Assembly: GCA_958009085.1 (NCBI GenBank)
Contig: OY253668.1
Span: 1,674,001 to 1,738,000 of the forward strand
Length of the DNA: 64,000 nucleotides
Reading direction: 5' to 3'
DNA from: Protoeuglena noctilucae
Lineage: Eukaryota
Position 1 is the stretch's first letter, and every line of letters starts with the position of its first letter. Below the pieces are notes generated by a model. That model made no database searches. It was not told the DNA's origin and worked only from the letters and a program-made list of their open reading frames with translations. Positions 1 through 12,442 of this stretch are shown here, piece after piece. A program made the translations under genes and the position numbers.

Positions 1-3000
1 AATCCCGAGTCCTCGCTGCGAGGGACGGCCCACCGGGGCGGCCCGCGGGAGCCCAAGCGCCGGGTCTTTGGGGCCGGGTTCCGGTCATTTCGACGATTGA
101 CGAGGACAACGTCAGCCGCGCCAAGTGGCAGGGGCAGCTGCTGCCAGCGCCGGAGGTGCTGATGGCGTCGGGCGGGGAGGGTGTCACGTCAGGCGACAGC
201 GCAGTGGTGACGAGCGGGGGCGGGGAGGCGGCGGGGCCTGCGGGCGAGGGTGGCGGGGAGGAGGAGCGGGAGCGGGCGCGGCTGATGCTCAAGGCAACGC
301 TGTCGCAGCGCGGCATCCTGAAGCGCAAGGTGTCGTTCCGGGGTGGGAGGGGCTTCGGTCTGGAGGCGCCTTCGGAGGATGCGGGGGACGCGGACGGTGC
401 ACACGCGGCGTGGTGGTCACGGGTGCGGGGCGGTGGCTCCGGGAGCGAGAACAGCGACGGGGCCGCGACGGAGGTGACGGCTGTGGCCGAGGAGGATGAC
501 GAGGATGACGAGGATGAGGACTATTCGTCATCGGAGGGAGACGACGACGACGACGATGATTATGCGCGGAGCATCATGGGGGCTCGGTCGGACGTGGGGA
601 CGCTCTTCACCCGGGGCCGCAAGAATGAGAGCCTGAGCGACAGGTCGGACAAGGGCGGGCGGGGCAAGCGCAAGGGCGCGGCGCTGGACACGCTGCGAGC
701 CGAGCGCTACCAGCGCCTGCGCAAGCTGCTGGTGGCGGCCCAGATGGCGACGCTGGGCATGGCCCTGCGCCAGCGCACGAACATGATCGTGGCCGCGGCT
801 TTGGCGGTGCAGGGCGCTGTCTTCGGGGCGCTCACTGCCGGGTGAGTGGGACGCGGGTGAAGACTGGGGCCACTGGCCAGGCACTGCCCAATGCATGGCC
901 CAATGCACCACGGTGGGGTTCACGAGGGCACCCCTCAATGGCTCACCTCCGTACGCCTCTCAACCCCCGCAGTCTCATGATGGGCCGTGCCAAGTTCACG
1001 ACTGCCGCAGAGTCAGGGGCTGCGTCTGGGTACTCTGCCGCCATCGCTGCGGAGACGAATCGCATCACCACGTTCCACGAGCCCACCGGATGGGGCAAGG
1101 TGGGTGGCAGATGCGTGCTTCTATCATGCCGTGTCATCTGCATTCCCGAGGCAGGGTTAGACGCTGAGAAGGGTGTGGGAGGCAGCCAGACCTCGCTGGC
1201 GCATTGCTGCAGCGTTCGCGGGTGCGTTCCTGCACTGAACCACCGAACCCACGTCCGGGCTGTGTCCCATTTTCTTGCAGGTCCTTTACAGCACGGAGGT
1301 TCCGCGGTCGCTGCTGTCTGTGTACACGGCAGACCTGCAGACGTACGCTGCCGAGGCGCGGCAGCTGCGCCTGGGCGCGATGGCGCCTCCGTCGGACGCG
1401 GGGGACCTGGTGGCTGTCACGTACTACGACTACGCGGACCCGGACGTTGCGAGTGCCGTGAAGAGCGGCATCACGGCGCGGCAGCCCGTCTACTCGGCCA
1501 TCGACGCGCTGGTGCAGAGCGCGACGGTGGTGTTCGAGCCCCAGGCCACGGCTGCGTCTGAGGCCGTGGCAGGGACGGCCGTGGAGACCAATGCCTGGGG
1601 CGTGTGGGGCGGCATCAAGGCCGCCGCAGTGCGGGACCAGGACGCGGCCGCGGGGCTGCTCCGGGCGCTCACGCACGCGCTGCTCGTCGTGGCGCTCGTC
1701 GAGGGCCTCGTGCTGGCCCCCGCCTGTGCGGCCGCGCTCTGACTCACCGTCTCGCAGCTCAACCGGGCACGCTCGCGGCTGTTCCAGCTGTTCCTCTCCG
1801 TGCCCCGCGCCGTCGTCGCCGCCCTCGCGACGCGCGAGGTCGCCACCGCCGAGCGCGCCACGGTGGTTGAGTCCCCTGCGGATGCGGCCGACATCGAGGG
1901 GCTTCACCTCACGGCAGCGGAGCGCAAGGGCGCCGAGGAGGTCAACCGCAACAGCAAGGAGTACCTCGCGTCGCTCTCGCTGGGCGGGGGCGCCAAACGG
2001 CCCCTCCGGGCCCACGGCGTCAAGCAGATGTCGATCCTGTCGGCGCCCATGGCCGTCGTCACGGTGCTCTTCTTCGCCATCCACCTCTCGGCCTACATGG
2101 TCCTCCAGAACGCGCGCCACCCCCTCGGGGCCCTCTTCGGCACCGCACGCATGCGCGCCGTGGTCCACGAGCTGCGCTACGCCGCCGACGAGTACGCGGT
2201 TTCTGGCGGGGCATCTCCCTCGGCCACGCCGGGGCCCACCGCGGCCCCGGGCCAGGCCGCGTTCCCCGCGGACCTGCGTCAGGCGCTGACGGACAAGATA
2301 AGCGAGGTCACCACGCTCTGGAGGGCCCTGATGGTCGGGTCATCGAATCCTCCCGGCGGCGTCGGGGGCGGGATACCGCTTCAGGGCCTGCTGGCCCACG
2401 ACCCGCAGGTCGCCGCGATCGTGCAGGAACGCACGTGCCACTCGCATCCCGGCACAGGTGAGCCGGCGTGCGTGCCGAGGGCGCCTGGCCTGGCACATGC
2501 TGCCTGCGCTCGCTTGCTGCGATCTGTCCCTAGTTCCGCGTCCGCCGGTTACTCTTACTCTTACTTCTACACGGCGACTGATCGCCGATCTTCGTTTGCC
2601 GCCCTTGCCTTCTGCGCACCGGGCATGCGATCATTTGTAACCGTCCTCCGCCCTTGCAGCCGTGGAATCCGCGTGCCTCAACCCCAGCAGCCCGTACCTG
2701 TCCACGACCACAAACGGCCTCGATCTCCTCGTCGGCTACTACGTCAATGCGGCCACGAACCTCTCCCAGGCGGCGCCATACTCTTTGACTGCCGACCCCA
2801 GTACGGCCGTCGGGGCGCAGAACGCGAGCCTGCAGCTCATATGGGGCGTGCAGGGCGACGTCGAGGTGACGGCCGCACCGCCGCACTGGTTTTGATTACG
2901 CAAGTCGACGACAGGCGATGTATCGACCCACCCTGACTCAGAGTGCACTCTGCGGTCCTTGGGTCAATATCCTGCTCTGCGCCCCATCGCATCAAGAACG

Positions 3001-3725
3001 GCTTCCGCGTTCGCCGCTTGCTATTGCAAACACGTAACATTCTCGCCTCTCCGCGTCTCTGTCCGCAGGGCGGCCTGCTACAGATGCGGGATGCGCTGCA
3101 GGCGGAGCTTGGCTCGGCCATCACCCTCGTGATTGGCCTGGAGGCCATTATGTTCGTCGCCGTCGCGCTGTCGTTCGGCTCGCTCCTCCCGCTCATCAAG
3201 CCCTACATCCGGATGTCCAAGGAGGAGATCGGGAGGGCGGCAGACTTATTGGCACAGGTGTGCACCGCGCAAACTCGCATCCGCACCCGTACTCGCACGG
3301 CAAGCTCGCCCGTCGCGACGCTCCCTGCGGCTTTGTGATGGACCGAAGACGCACTGCTGGGGGTTTGAGTCGAGTGGGCTTGGAGCGCAGCTGCTAGGGT
3401 CACGATAGGGTTATGATAGCACTTATGATAGCACTTATGATAGCACGTGTATCGGGTTCACTGCTGTCACCGACGCCAGCTGCCGCCCGCGCTTCCGCAG
3501 CTGCCCCCCGCGCTCCCCGTCGAGGAGTTCGTGACGCGGGAGATGGGACTGAGCCGCAAGGACGGCGGCCCACGGACGGTGGGCGAGGTGCTGTCGGCGG
3601 CCCTGCTGCATTTCCTGGTGGGCAAGCGCGCCGAGCTGATGCTCGAGCTGGAGGCGCGGCAGAAGAAAGCCGAGCGCGAGGCCAAGGAGAGGGCCAAGGG
3701 ACTCGTGGAAATGGACCTGCAGTGA
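1..3725 (+). CDS. Large multi-pass membrane protein, TmcB (tiny macrocysts)-like; 5'-truncated, about 6 exons
   Basis: Exons linked by GT-AG sites (about <156-841, 973-1098, 1281-2457, 2661-2865, 3069-3257, 3480-3725). Contains an acidic low-complexity stretch, several hydrophobic helices and a C-terminal 'IGRAADLLAQ|LPP..PVEE' tail resembling algal TmcB-like proteins. The family call is from memory of that pattern. Confidence 0.5.
3411..3446. repeat. Intronic tandem repeat (TTATGATAGCAC)x3
   Basis: ttatgatagc acttatgata gcacttatga tagcac, read directly; AT-rich in a GC-rich context. Confidence 0.9.
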
Positions 3726-4331
3726 CCAGCGGACGCCAGTTTGCGTTTCGTGATACCGTGACGCGCGATGCGCGATGTGAAAGGTGCCTTGGGCCTCCAT
3801 GGGCCCTGCACAGCCGGACATGCGCCTTTCTTTACCAACGTTTGGGCTTTTGTTTGTTTTTGGCATCGCCCTCCATGCCGGGTGCAGGGCCTGTATGCGT
3901 TGTTGCCAGTTGCCGGTTTTCCACCCCCGGGGTTACCCCAGTGAGGCAACCCCGTTCTGTATCTTCTCATCGTCTCCTCTGCTTTTGGTGTTCCTAAGCG
4001 CCACTTGCCCAAGCGAGTGATGCATCGGCAGGTCTCTGTCCTAGTGTGTGGCGATGCCCACTCAAGTCAGTTGATTCAATCAACTTGAATAGTCTTCAAT
4101 AACTCAAAAAAGCAACAGCAACAGCCGCGTGCAGGCGCCCCTCTCTTGCATTGCACCTTCTCCTTCGTCGCCCTCCCAAGTCAAGCCCGGTTCTTCACAA
4201 GCCTGGGCCCACCCCACCCGCCCACAGTCCGTAAATCTGTTGCTCAGCGAAGCGGGACGTCGAAGCAAGGCCACGCCCGCCCGCCCGCCTCCACCGACCC
4301 CCGCAGCGCCCTGCGACGACGCGATTTTGGC

Positions 4332-5879
4332 TCAGCTTCCCAGCACAGCACGACTTCGCTCGTGCTTCCTCCGGCACACCACCCGCACTCGCCTGGCCCC
4401 GAGCTCCTCGCAGAGCCTTCGAAAGTGGGACTCTGCGAACCGCAGTGCCTCCCCGCTCGCCACTTCCACTCTGCTCAGGTACGGTGGGCCAGCCCCGCCC
4501 CCGTCGTCCCCCCACACGTGCGTGATGTGCACCGGCACCATGCGCAGGCGCACGGGGCCCCACGCGACGCCGCCGCCCGCGCCTGGAGCCGGCGTCGGCC
4601 CATCTGGTGTTCCGCGTGCGGCACGATCCGAGGCCTGGAAGTCCAAGACGTGGAAAGCTCCGATGTCGTTGCGATATTGGGCGTCCACGGCGTAGTCGTC
4701 GATCGCCGACCTGGCAGAGAAGACGATGGGGCGGCCTCGGTACACCTCCACTCCCTGGATGTGGTGCGCTGCGGTGGAGGTGCCAGGCACGGCCAGTCAG
4801 TGTTGTCGGTGCAAACAGGCTTTTTGGACAGTATCCAAGGTGGCTTGGGAAAACAATCATCCAGGCCCCCGGCGCACTGACCGCCCTCACACCCACCCAC
4901 CCACCTGAGTGCCCAAACACGCATGCCGCGCCTGCGTCGATGAACGCGTGCCCCAGCTTAATCAAATCCTCCGAGGGGCGCCAGCGGTAGTTGGGGCCCC
5001 TGCGTCACACCGCGGGTGTGTTACATTCCAAGACTTGCGCGGATACCACTCTCGCCCCGAGTGCAGCGAGCGAGAGCAAGTGTGGCGCCCACGCATCGCG
5101 CCACCACAGCTGCCACTGCCACCCCAGCGCGCTCACCAGTGGATGAACACGACGACTGCGTTCGCATCGCACGCCGTCCGCGCGTGGCGCAGCTCCTCCT
5201 CCACCTTTAGCCGGTCGAACGCCGTGGGGTCGATGAAATGGATGCCCGGGCGCGCTGGCCCCGCCGCCCACTCCTGCAGAGAATCAGAGGGCAGGGAGTC
5301 AGACAACGAGCCACGAGAGCTTGTGAAACCGCACCGCCACTCGCAGCCGGAAGCAGGCACAGCATCGACCCCCGCACTCGCCTCGTAGTGGTCTGCGTAG
5401 GACAGGAACGCCACGCGGCAGCCCCCGACGTCGACCGCGGCCGGGGCCGATGCCGACGCCGCGTCCATTCCGGCACCCGCATGGAGCACGCCCGCAGCGT
5501 CCAGGACCCCGATCGTCTCCCTCAATCCCTCCGCCATGAAATCCAGGGAGTGGTTGTTGGCCAGGCTCACGAACTCGACGCCCGCGGCCGTGAGGGCCCC
5601 CACTGCCCCCGGGGGTGCCTTGTAGTTAAATGTCTTGTTAGGCCACTTGACGTCATGCGTGGTGATGGCGGTCTCGAGGTTGCCCGCCACGGCCACCGAC
5701 GCGTCGCCTGCGCTTTCCAGGCCCCGCACGAGCGCCAGCGTGTCGCCCCACACCTGCCTGTGCGCCAGGGGCCCCCCCACCTCGAGCTGCCAGCCCACGT
5801 AGCGCCCCAGCATGATGTCCCCCAACAGGACAAGCGTGGCCACCCGGGGACACCCCGAAAGGATCGCAGCACACGACAT
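4332..5879 (-). CDS. CapA/PGA_cap family metallophosphatase (poly-gamma-glutamate synthesis protein-like), 4 exons
   Basis: The spliced product has LGDIMLGR, GNLET, SLANNHSLDF, HAGAG, VFIHW|GPNY and GHS|AHHIQGVEVY motifs typical of CapA. Introns include 5274-5381 (GC-AG) and 5000-5136. Confidence 0.88.
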
Positions 5880-5907
5880 GGCCACCGCCGACGTGACGCG
5901 GGGGGCC

Positions 5908-6517
5908 CTAGGTGGAGGGAGGGGATCCGGAGCCGGGCTGCGAGGGTGGCCGGTCCTTGCGGGCCGAGAGCAGCTGCGACAGCGTGGCGCGGGCCTTGGC
6001 GGGGTCGGCCTTCGGCTCTGGATTCGCTTCCCAGTAATTGCCCTCCCGGGGCACCGGTCTGCGGGCGCGCCGGGCACTCCCCGTCTCGTAACCGCCTGCA
6101 CGAGGCATCGCAGCGGCGCGCGGCAGGGCCTCCCGGGCGCCGCTCACTTCATCTCGTAATCGGAATCGTCCATGAACTTGCGCATCCACGCCTGCTCGGC
6201 CTCGGCGTCGCGCTTGCGGATCATAATCTTGTCGGCGGGCATGCGCTCGTCGATGTAGTTCTTCCGCGCGTCCCTCACGTCGATGCGACCCTGTGATGAA
6301 GTAGGAAGCCCGAGCTGACGGCGGATGAGGAACCCCCGCGCCCAGGGACGTCCAGCAGTGGCACCCGGGAGGGGCACCGCCCGCCAGCACGGGGCAGCAC
6401 CGCCGCGCCAGGGCAGCTCGCCTGGTAGAACTGTATGGCCATGTACCAGCTGCCGAAGATGAATGCGAACATCGGGAGACCGATGTGCATGATGTGGTGG
6501 CGCCTCGAGGAAGCCAT
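5908..6517 (-). CDS. COX16: Cytochrome c oxidase assembly protein COX16, 3 exons
   Basis: MASSRRHHIMHIGLPMFAFIFGSWYMAIQFYQ|GRIDVRD...DDSDYEMK|PVPREG. The N-terminal GLP-TM segment and the DYExKxVPR motif match COX16. Introns 6291-6421 (GC-AG) and 6059-6147. Confidence 0.8.
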
Positions 6518-6931
6518 GGTCGCTGTGGCGCGTAGTCGTGGGACGAGGGCCCCGGCGAAGCGATGGCGCGCGAGGCCACAGCTGCTGCCTCTGTGGTGAA
6601 CAAGCTAACCGATGTGATCCAAAGACGCGTGTTTTGACAGGCCCCCCAGACATCTGGCAGATTCATCGCCAGGAACGTGGTCAAATTCTCTGAAATTGAG
6701 ACGCCACGGGCCCTGCTCCGGGTATGCGTTGACGGTAGGAGTGTCGCAAGCTAGCAGCGTGGGTATCGGTCGCAATCGGTCATCGCACGCTCGGAACTCC
6801 TTTCTCCCCATCGACGGTCCGCTGTCCCTGGCACACCATTGGCTCTGAGGCGACTTGCGCCGATCGTTTGTGTCGGGGGGGGGCACTGGCTGGCTGCAGG
6901 GCGCGGGTGCGGGAGGCAGGGCGCTGCACAA

Positions 6932-9005
6932 ATGAAGCGGGGCCCCGGGGACGACATCGGCGTCGGAGGCCTGGACTCCGACTTCTCCGGGCCGGATGGG
7001 AAGCGTGCGCGAACTGAGGTGAGCTAAGGGGCACCGCTTTCGCCGCGCGGGCGCAAATTCCCGGCTTGTCAGAGGGCCCCGGTTCGCGCGAACCCGCGGC
7101 TGCCGGGGGAGCTGGGGTTCGGCGTCGGTTTCGATGACTGGATCGGCGATGGTGGACGTCGCGGAGGCTCCCGGGGCGTGGCCCCAGCGCCACCTTGACG
7201 CCACCGGTCGCTGGCCGGTCGTGCCCACTTGGGGCGGTGCTCTCTGCCCGCTTGGATGGCCTCCTCGCGTGATGGAGCGTTTCCGCGGAACATCCCGCCC
7301 CTCGCATCGACCTGTGTCGGTCTCGGCAGCGCAGAGCAGCACCTCCCCTCCCCTCAGCGTCAGGCCCGCGGATTTCGGGGCCGGCCCGGTCGCATTTGCC
7401 CGACCTAGATGCCGATCGTTAACATGCTGACAAAGCATTGGCTTGACGCGCCCGCAATGCGCCTGCGGGCACCCGCACGCCCGCGCGGAGCTCGTGATGA
7501 CCGACGTGCGCTGCGAGGTCTTCGCGACCCGGGGAAGGCGTTTGCGGCCCGAACCGCCCCCTGCAGCGCTCGGTCGATACGTTAACGGTCCCTTGACGCC
7601 CCCACCGCCCCCGCAGGATGGGCACTTTGTGGGTCGGAGGGGACGGGGCCGGGGCGGCAGCAGGAGCAAAGGGAGCCGGCTGGACTCCAAGCTGCCGACG
7701 ATGGTGTACAGGCGAGTGTGGCGAGGTCCTGTGCAGACACGCCGCTGCGGCCGGGGAACTCAGGAGGCGCCGTGGCCAGCAGCTGCGCGTTTGCTCAGCG
7801 TGTCACGTCGTTGCCGTACCTGCCACGCAGGGAGGGCGAGCCTCTGAAGGACCTGGCGCAGTACCTCGAGGGTCCCGAGGGCGGCCCGCAGCAGGTGGAG
7901 GTGCGCATCGCCCCCGAGCAGATGACGGCGCACAACAAGCAAGTCAAGGCGCGGCAGCTGTGGGGTTGCGACGTCTACACGGAGGACTCGGACCTCGTGG
8001 CCGTCATCATGCACATGGGCTTTTTCTCGACCAACGCGGGGCAGCCGCCGTACACCGTGCAAGAGTTCCGTGCCACCGTCACGCCCATGCCGCCGCAAGA
8101 AAAGTACGAGAGCAAGTCGCGCAACGGCCTGTTCTCGCGCGCGTGGACCACGCCCTCCAAGGACTGCGCCTACACCGTCGACTCGGTCAAGATCCTGACC
8201 AAGATCGGCACGCTCGTCAGCCTGGAGCCCCGGCTGGAGGGCGCACCCATGCTCGCACCCACCTTCATCCCCGCGCACGCCGACCGCACCATGACGACCC
8301 GGGTGCGCGGCCGCGCCTGTTGCGCTCTGACTGCTCGCGCGGCCCCGCGAGCTTCCTGCGATTCGAACCTCCGCCTCGGCTGCAGGCGGCGGCGGCCTCG
8401 GTTGAGCGTCGCTTGCGGCTGAAGCAGGAGGTGACGGTGCAGTACAGCCTGTGCAACGAGCCGTGGATCAAGTACACCATGGGGGTCATCGCGGACCGCG
8501 GTCTGAAGCCCAGCCAGTGGACGTCGTCGCGTCTGATCGAGGAGGTGCTGTATTTGGAGACACACCGGGAGCGTTTCGAGTTGTGCCGCATCGCGCCCGC
8601 GGAGGGGGACCCCCGGGGGGACCAGTACCGGTTCAGCAAATGCAAGCGCATCCTGCCGCTGTCGGGTGACCTGCCAACGGGGCCGGGCGCCGCTACGGGT
8701 CGTGGGCGCGCTGCGTGTTGTGCGAAACAGTGTCATGCCCGCCGCCTGCAGGGATTCGGAAGCTGGGGCTGCCATTGCCGGAGGCCGAGCTGGTCGTGCA
8801 GCATCAAAAGCTCTTTTGGGAGGACTTCGAGTGGACCACCACGGGCCTGGTCATTGGCGACACCAGCTACCCCATCATGCGCGTGCTGTTCGCGCCCATC
8901 GACCCGGAGCGCTACGAGAGGCAGACGGACGCCGACAATGCCGAGGACGTCGAGGAGGAGCATGCATATGCGATGACGGGCCGGCCAGCGCCGCCCATGG
9001 CTTGA
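6932..9005 (+). CDS. Histone deacetylase complex subunit HDC1/Rxt3-like
   Basis: RQLWGCDVYTEDSDLVAVIMHMG, SRNGLFSRAW and QEVTVQYSLCNEPWIKY are Rxt3/HDC1 motifs. The start exon at 6932 is less certain. Confidence 0.85.
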
Positions 9006-9293
9006 CGGTGTGACGCGGGCTCTGCCCCAGATGGGGTGCCTCCCCACCACGCCCACGCTCAGGACTCTAGTTCAGTGAACGCGGGCCGCAGGCTCACGGG
9101 CTGTCGGTGCCGCTTTCATCCTTGAAAGGCTGAGGCGCGCCAGACGGGTGGCGGTGCTCGAAACCGCCAGGGCCGCGCCGGCCAGCCCCATTGCCATGCG
9201 AATCGCATGATCGAGTCGAGAAAGGGAGGCAAGCTTGGCCCACTGACTGCGCTGACTTTTCGACACTGCACCGCGATCGTACAGGGGGAGCCC

Positions 9294-11191
9294 ATGGCGA
9301 GGGGAAAGAAGCGCGCGGCTGAGTCCGCGCCGGCGGAGTCTAGCCAGCCCACGAAGACCAAGAACGGGGATGCGCTGAAGGTGTGGCCGGAGCTGGATTG
9401 CCCGCCCCCGCTCAATCCTGAGGCCCCAAGATGCTGCGGCGAGACACGTTGCTCCGCGACCTGCGAGGGCGCGGGATCCCGGCAAACGTCGCAGGATTTC
9501 ATGACGGTGTACGAGCAGTTGAAGAAGGAGATTTTGGAGGACCCGATCCTGGGCACTTGCCCCAAGGAGGCGCGGGCATGGATGGAGGAGATGCTGGACT
9601 ACACCGTGGTGGGCGGGAAGGTGGGTTCACGCACGGCGCAGGAACGTCCAACAAACCAAAATGCCATCGGCGATGCTTCCGAGCAGCGCGTCGCCTCGTG
9701 CAGGCGGGCCGCTGCAGGGCCGCTGCCATCTCCCCGATCGCAGATGAACCGGGGGCTCGCTGTGCTGGAGGCGCTCAAGGCGATCAAAGGGGATGTCGAC
9801 GAGAAAGAGGCGTTCCTCGCCAACGTCGTCGGATGGTGCATCGAGCTGCTGCAGGCCTTCTTCCTCGTGGTGCGGCGGCAGCGCCCCCCCGCGATCCCGT
9901 CGCGCCTGCCCCGCGCCAGTGTGCCGCGTCAGAGCATTTCTCGCCAATCGAGATGTCGGATGCGTGAGCCCCTTTGCCGACCTCCCGCAGGAAGACGACA
10001 TCATGGACGGCTCCATCACCCGCCGCGGCCGCCCGTGCTGGTACAAGAACGAGAAGGTGGGGATGATCGCGATCAACGACGGCATCATCCTCGAAGCCTG
10101 CATCTACAACATCCTCAAGGTGCCCGCCGCGCTGCAACGGGAGCTGCACCACGCTGCCCTTGCAGGCCGCAAACACAGCATGGCATGCGGCGAAGTGGTG
10201 CTGCGGCCCCGTCCTTCCTCGCAGCGCCACTTCCGCGACCACGCCTCGTACGTAGCCCTCCTGGAGCTCTTCCACGACACGACTTTCCAGACGGCCCACG
10301 GGCAGCTCCTCGACCTTCTGTACGCCCCCATCGGCCAGCGTGACTTGACCAAGTACACCATGGACACTTACCTTCGCATCGTGACGTACAAGGCGAGCGA
10401 CGACTGACAGTGCTCGGTTGCGCGCCCGCGGGCTGGTGGCAGGCGCGTGAGCTCACGCGAGGATGGCGTCGCTCGCTTGTGCCGTGCAGACGGCGTACTA
10501 CACCATCTACATGCCCATCGCGAGCGGCATGGTTTTGGCGGGCATGACGGAGGACTCCAAGCTCCAGGTCGCGCAGAAGATCTGCGTCAAGATGGGGCAG
10601 TACTTCCAGGTCCGGCTGGGCCAGCAGGGCCGTCGGAGCCGGGGAGCGGCACGCGTGAGGGCGGCGCCGATGCTTGGCGAAGGAGTCTGACGATCGTCCG
10701 TCCCGCCTGCGCGATCCGCAGATCCAGGACGACTACCTGGACTGTTTCGCGGACCCGGAGGTGCTGGGCAAGATCGGGACGGACATTGAGGACTCCAAGT
10801 GCTCGTGGTTGGTGGTGAAGGCTCTGGAGAAGGCCAACGCGAAGCAGAAGAAGGTCATTAAGGACAACTACGGCCTGCACGACCCGGCCAAGGTGCAGAA
10901 GATCAAGGACCTGTATCGGGAGATGAAGCTCGAGGAGATGTTCCGGGCGTATGAGGAGGATGCGCACAAGGAGCTCAGCAAGGAGATCCGCGAGCAGAAG
11001 GAGGTGCGTTGCTGCAGCCATGATGGTGTGATACATGCGCAGGGTGGGTCTCTGCTGGGCATGGCGGGCGCTTCAGCTCAGCTGTGGGGAGGGTGAGCGC
11101 GTCGAGACGCGGGGCGCCCGTGTCGCATGCGCAGGTGCCCGAGCACTGCTTCAACTGGATGCTTAACAAGATCTTCAAGCGCAAGAACTAG
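9294..11191 (+). CDS. FPPS: Farnesyl diphosphate synthase
   Basis: [40 protein letters not shown] and KIGTDIED motifs, with a basic C-terminus IFKRKN. Confidence 0.95.
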
Positions 11192-11477
11192 GCGGGAGAC
11201 TCCTGGGCCGCAGAGGCTGCTGGGGAACTGCTGGGGAATGATGGAGTGCCGGACGTTCCCCTCCCTCGTCACTGTCCTGGACTGGGGCGACCTCTCCACG
11301 CAGGGGACCTGTTGGGCAGCTGGCGCTGCCGTTTCCTGATGTGTTTTTCTTGCGTTTCCTGGCAGCCGTCAAGACCGTCGACCACCGCAGCTGCGCGTTA
11401 TTTGTGGACTGCACTAGACCTGGCATCATAGGCTAGCAACGCCGCCTGAAGAGGGTCGCTGAGATTGACAGCAGGCC

Positions 11478-12442
11478 ATGGGCAGCGCGCGAGGTCGAGG
11501 CCCGCGGGCGCATGCGCCGACCTCCGGGCGCCCCGGCAGATCAAGCGGGAAGAGCATTGACAGGACAGTGCAGATATCGAAGGAGATGGCGTATATCTTG
11601 CGTCATAGCCGCGTCCCAGGTGCGCGTCGGTTGCCGTGCCTCAACCGCAATTTCCCCGTCCCGGCGGGCCTGAGCGGCCGGCGCGCTCGGCTGCGATACG
11701 ACACAGTCCACATCATATTGATGGCGAAGCACACGGACACAGCATGCCGCGGGAAACGACGCATGTCGGGTTCTCGGTCCCCACAGAAATGGACGGGAGC
11801 GGTTGGGTGCCTGTGCAGCGTCTCATCGAGCTCATGTCGTCCGCACCTACGACCGAGGAGGTGGAGGCAGTCGTGACCAGGTGCGACTGGGCGGCACGGG
11901 CCGCGTGCCGTGCTGCGGGCGTGCGCAGCCCGACCGCACCGGCATCCGTGTGGCTGCAGTAGCGACAAGCAGCGCTTCGTGCTTGACAAGGAGCGAGGTC
12001 TTATTCGGGCCGCACAGGGCCACTCCATCAAGCTCGAGAACCCAGAGTTGACGCCGGTCTTGTCGCCGGAGCACGTGCCGGTTGCAGTGCATGGCACGAA
12101 TGAGGACGCGTGGGTAGCCATTCAGGCCTCGGGCTGTCTCCTCCCCATGGCGAGGACGCACGTGCACTTCAGCACGATGCCGGTGCAGCTCAAGAAGGGC
12201 CACCTGTCTGCCGTGCTGTTGCGACTCGACCTCGCGCGTGCTATGGGTGAGCAGCGCAGGTGCACGCAACCACCCCAACGCAGCCCCTTCACGGTGTTCA
12301 AAGGAAGCCAATCGTGCACGCAGAGGCCGGGCTGGACTTCTACCTCTCGTCGAACCACGTGTTGCTATGCGCGAAGGCCGTGCCGGTGCAATTCCTTAAG
12401 AGGGTGACTAGGGAGGACCTCGGGCCGGAATGGCTTAGCTGA
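11478..12442 (+). CDS. TPT1: tRNA 2'-phosphotransferase (Tpt1/KptA)
   Basis: ISKEMAYILRH, DKQRF, IRAAQGHS, HGT, MARTHVHF and FYLSSNHVLL motifs across 4 exons. Confidence 0.92.

Noticed and set aside
3411..3446. Short tandem repeats (also 19548-19589 and 31908-31932) as CRISPR or mobile-element ends
   Set aside because: They have only two or three adjacent copies, no spacers, TIR/TSD or cas genes; they are ordinary intronic slippage repeats.
7019..7616. Long first intron of HDC1 as a possible snoRNA or nested-gene host
   Set aside because: I could not identify a convincing C/D or H/ACA box arrangement or a coding motif by eye; an Infernal/Rfam search would be needed.
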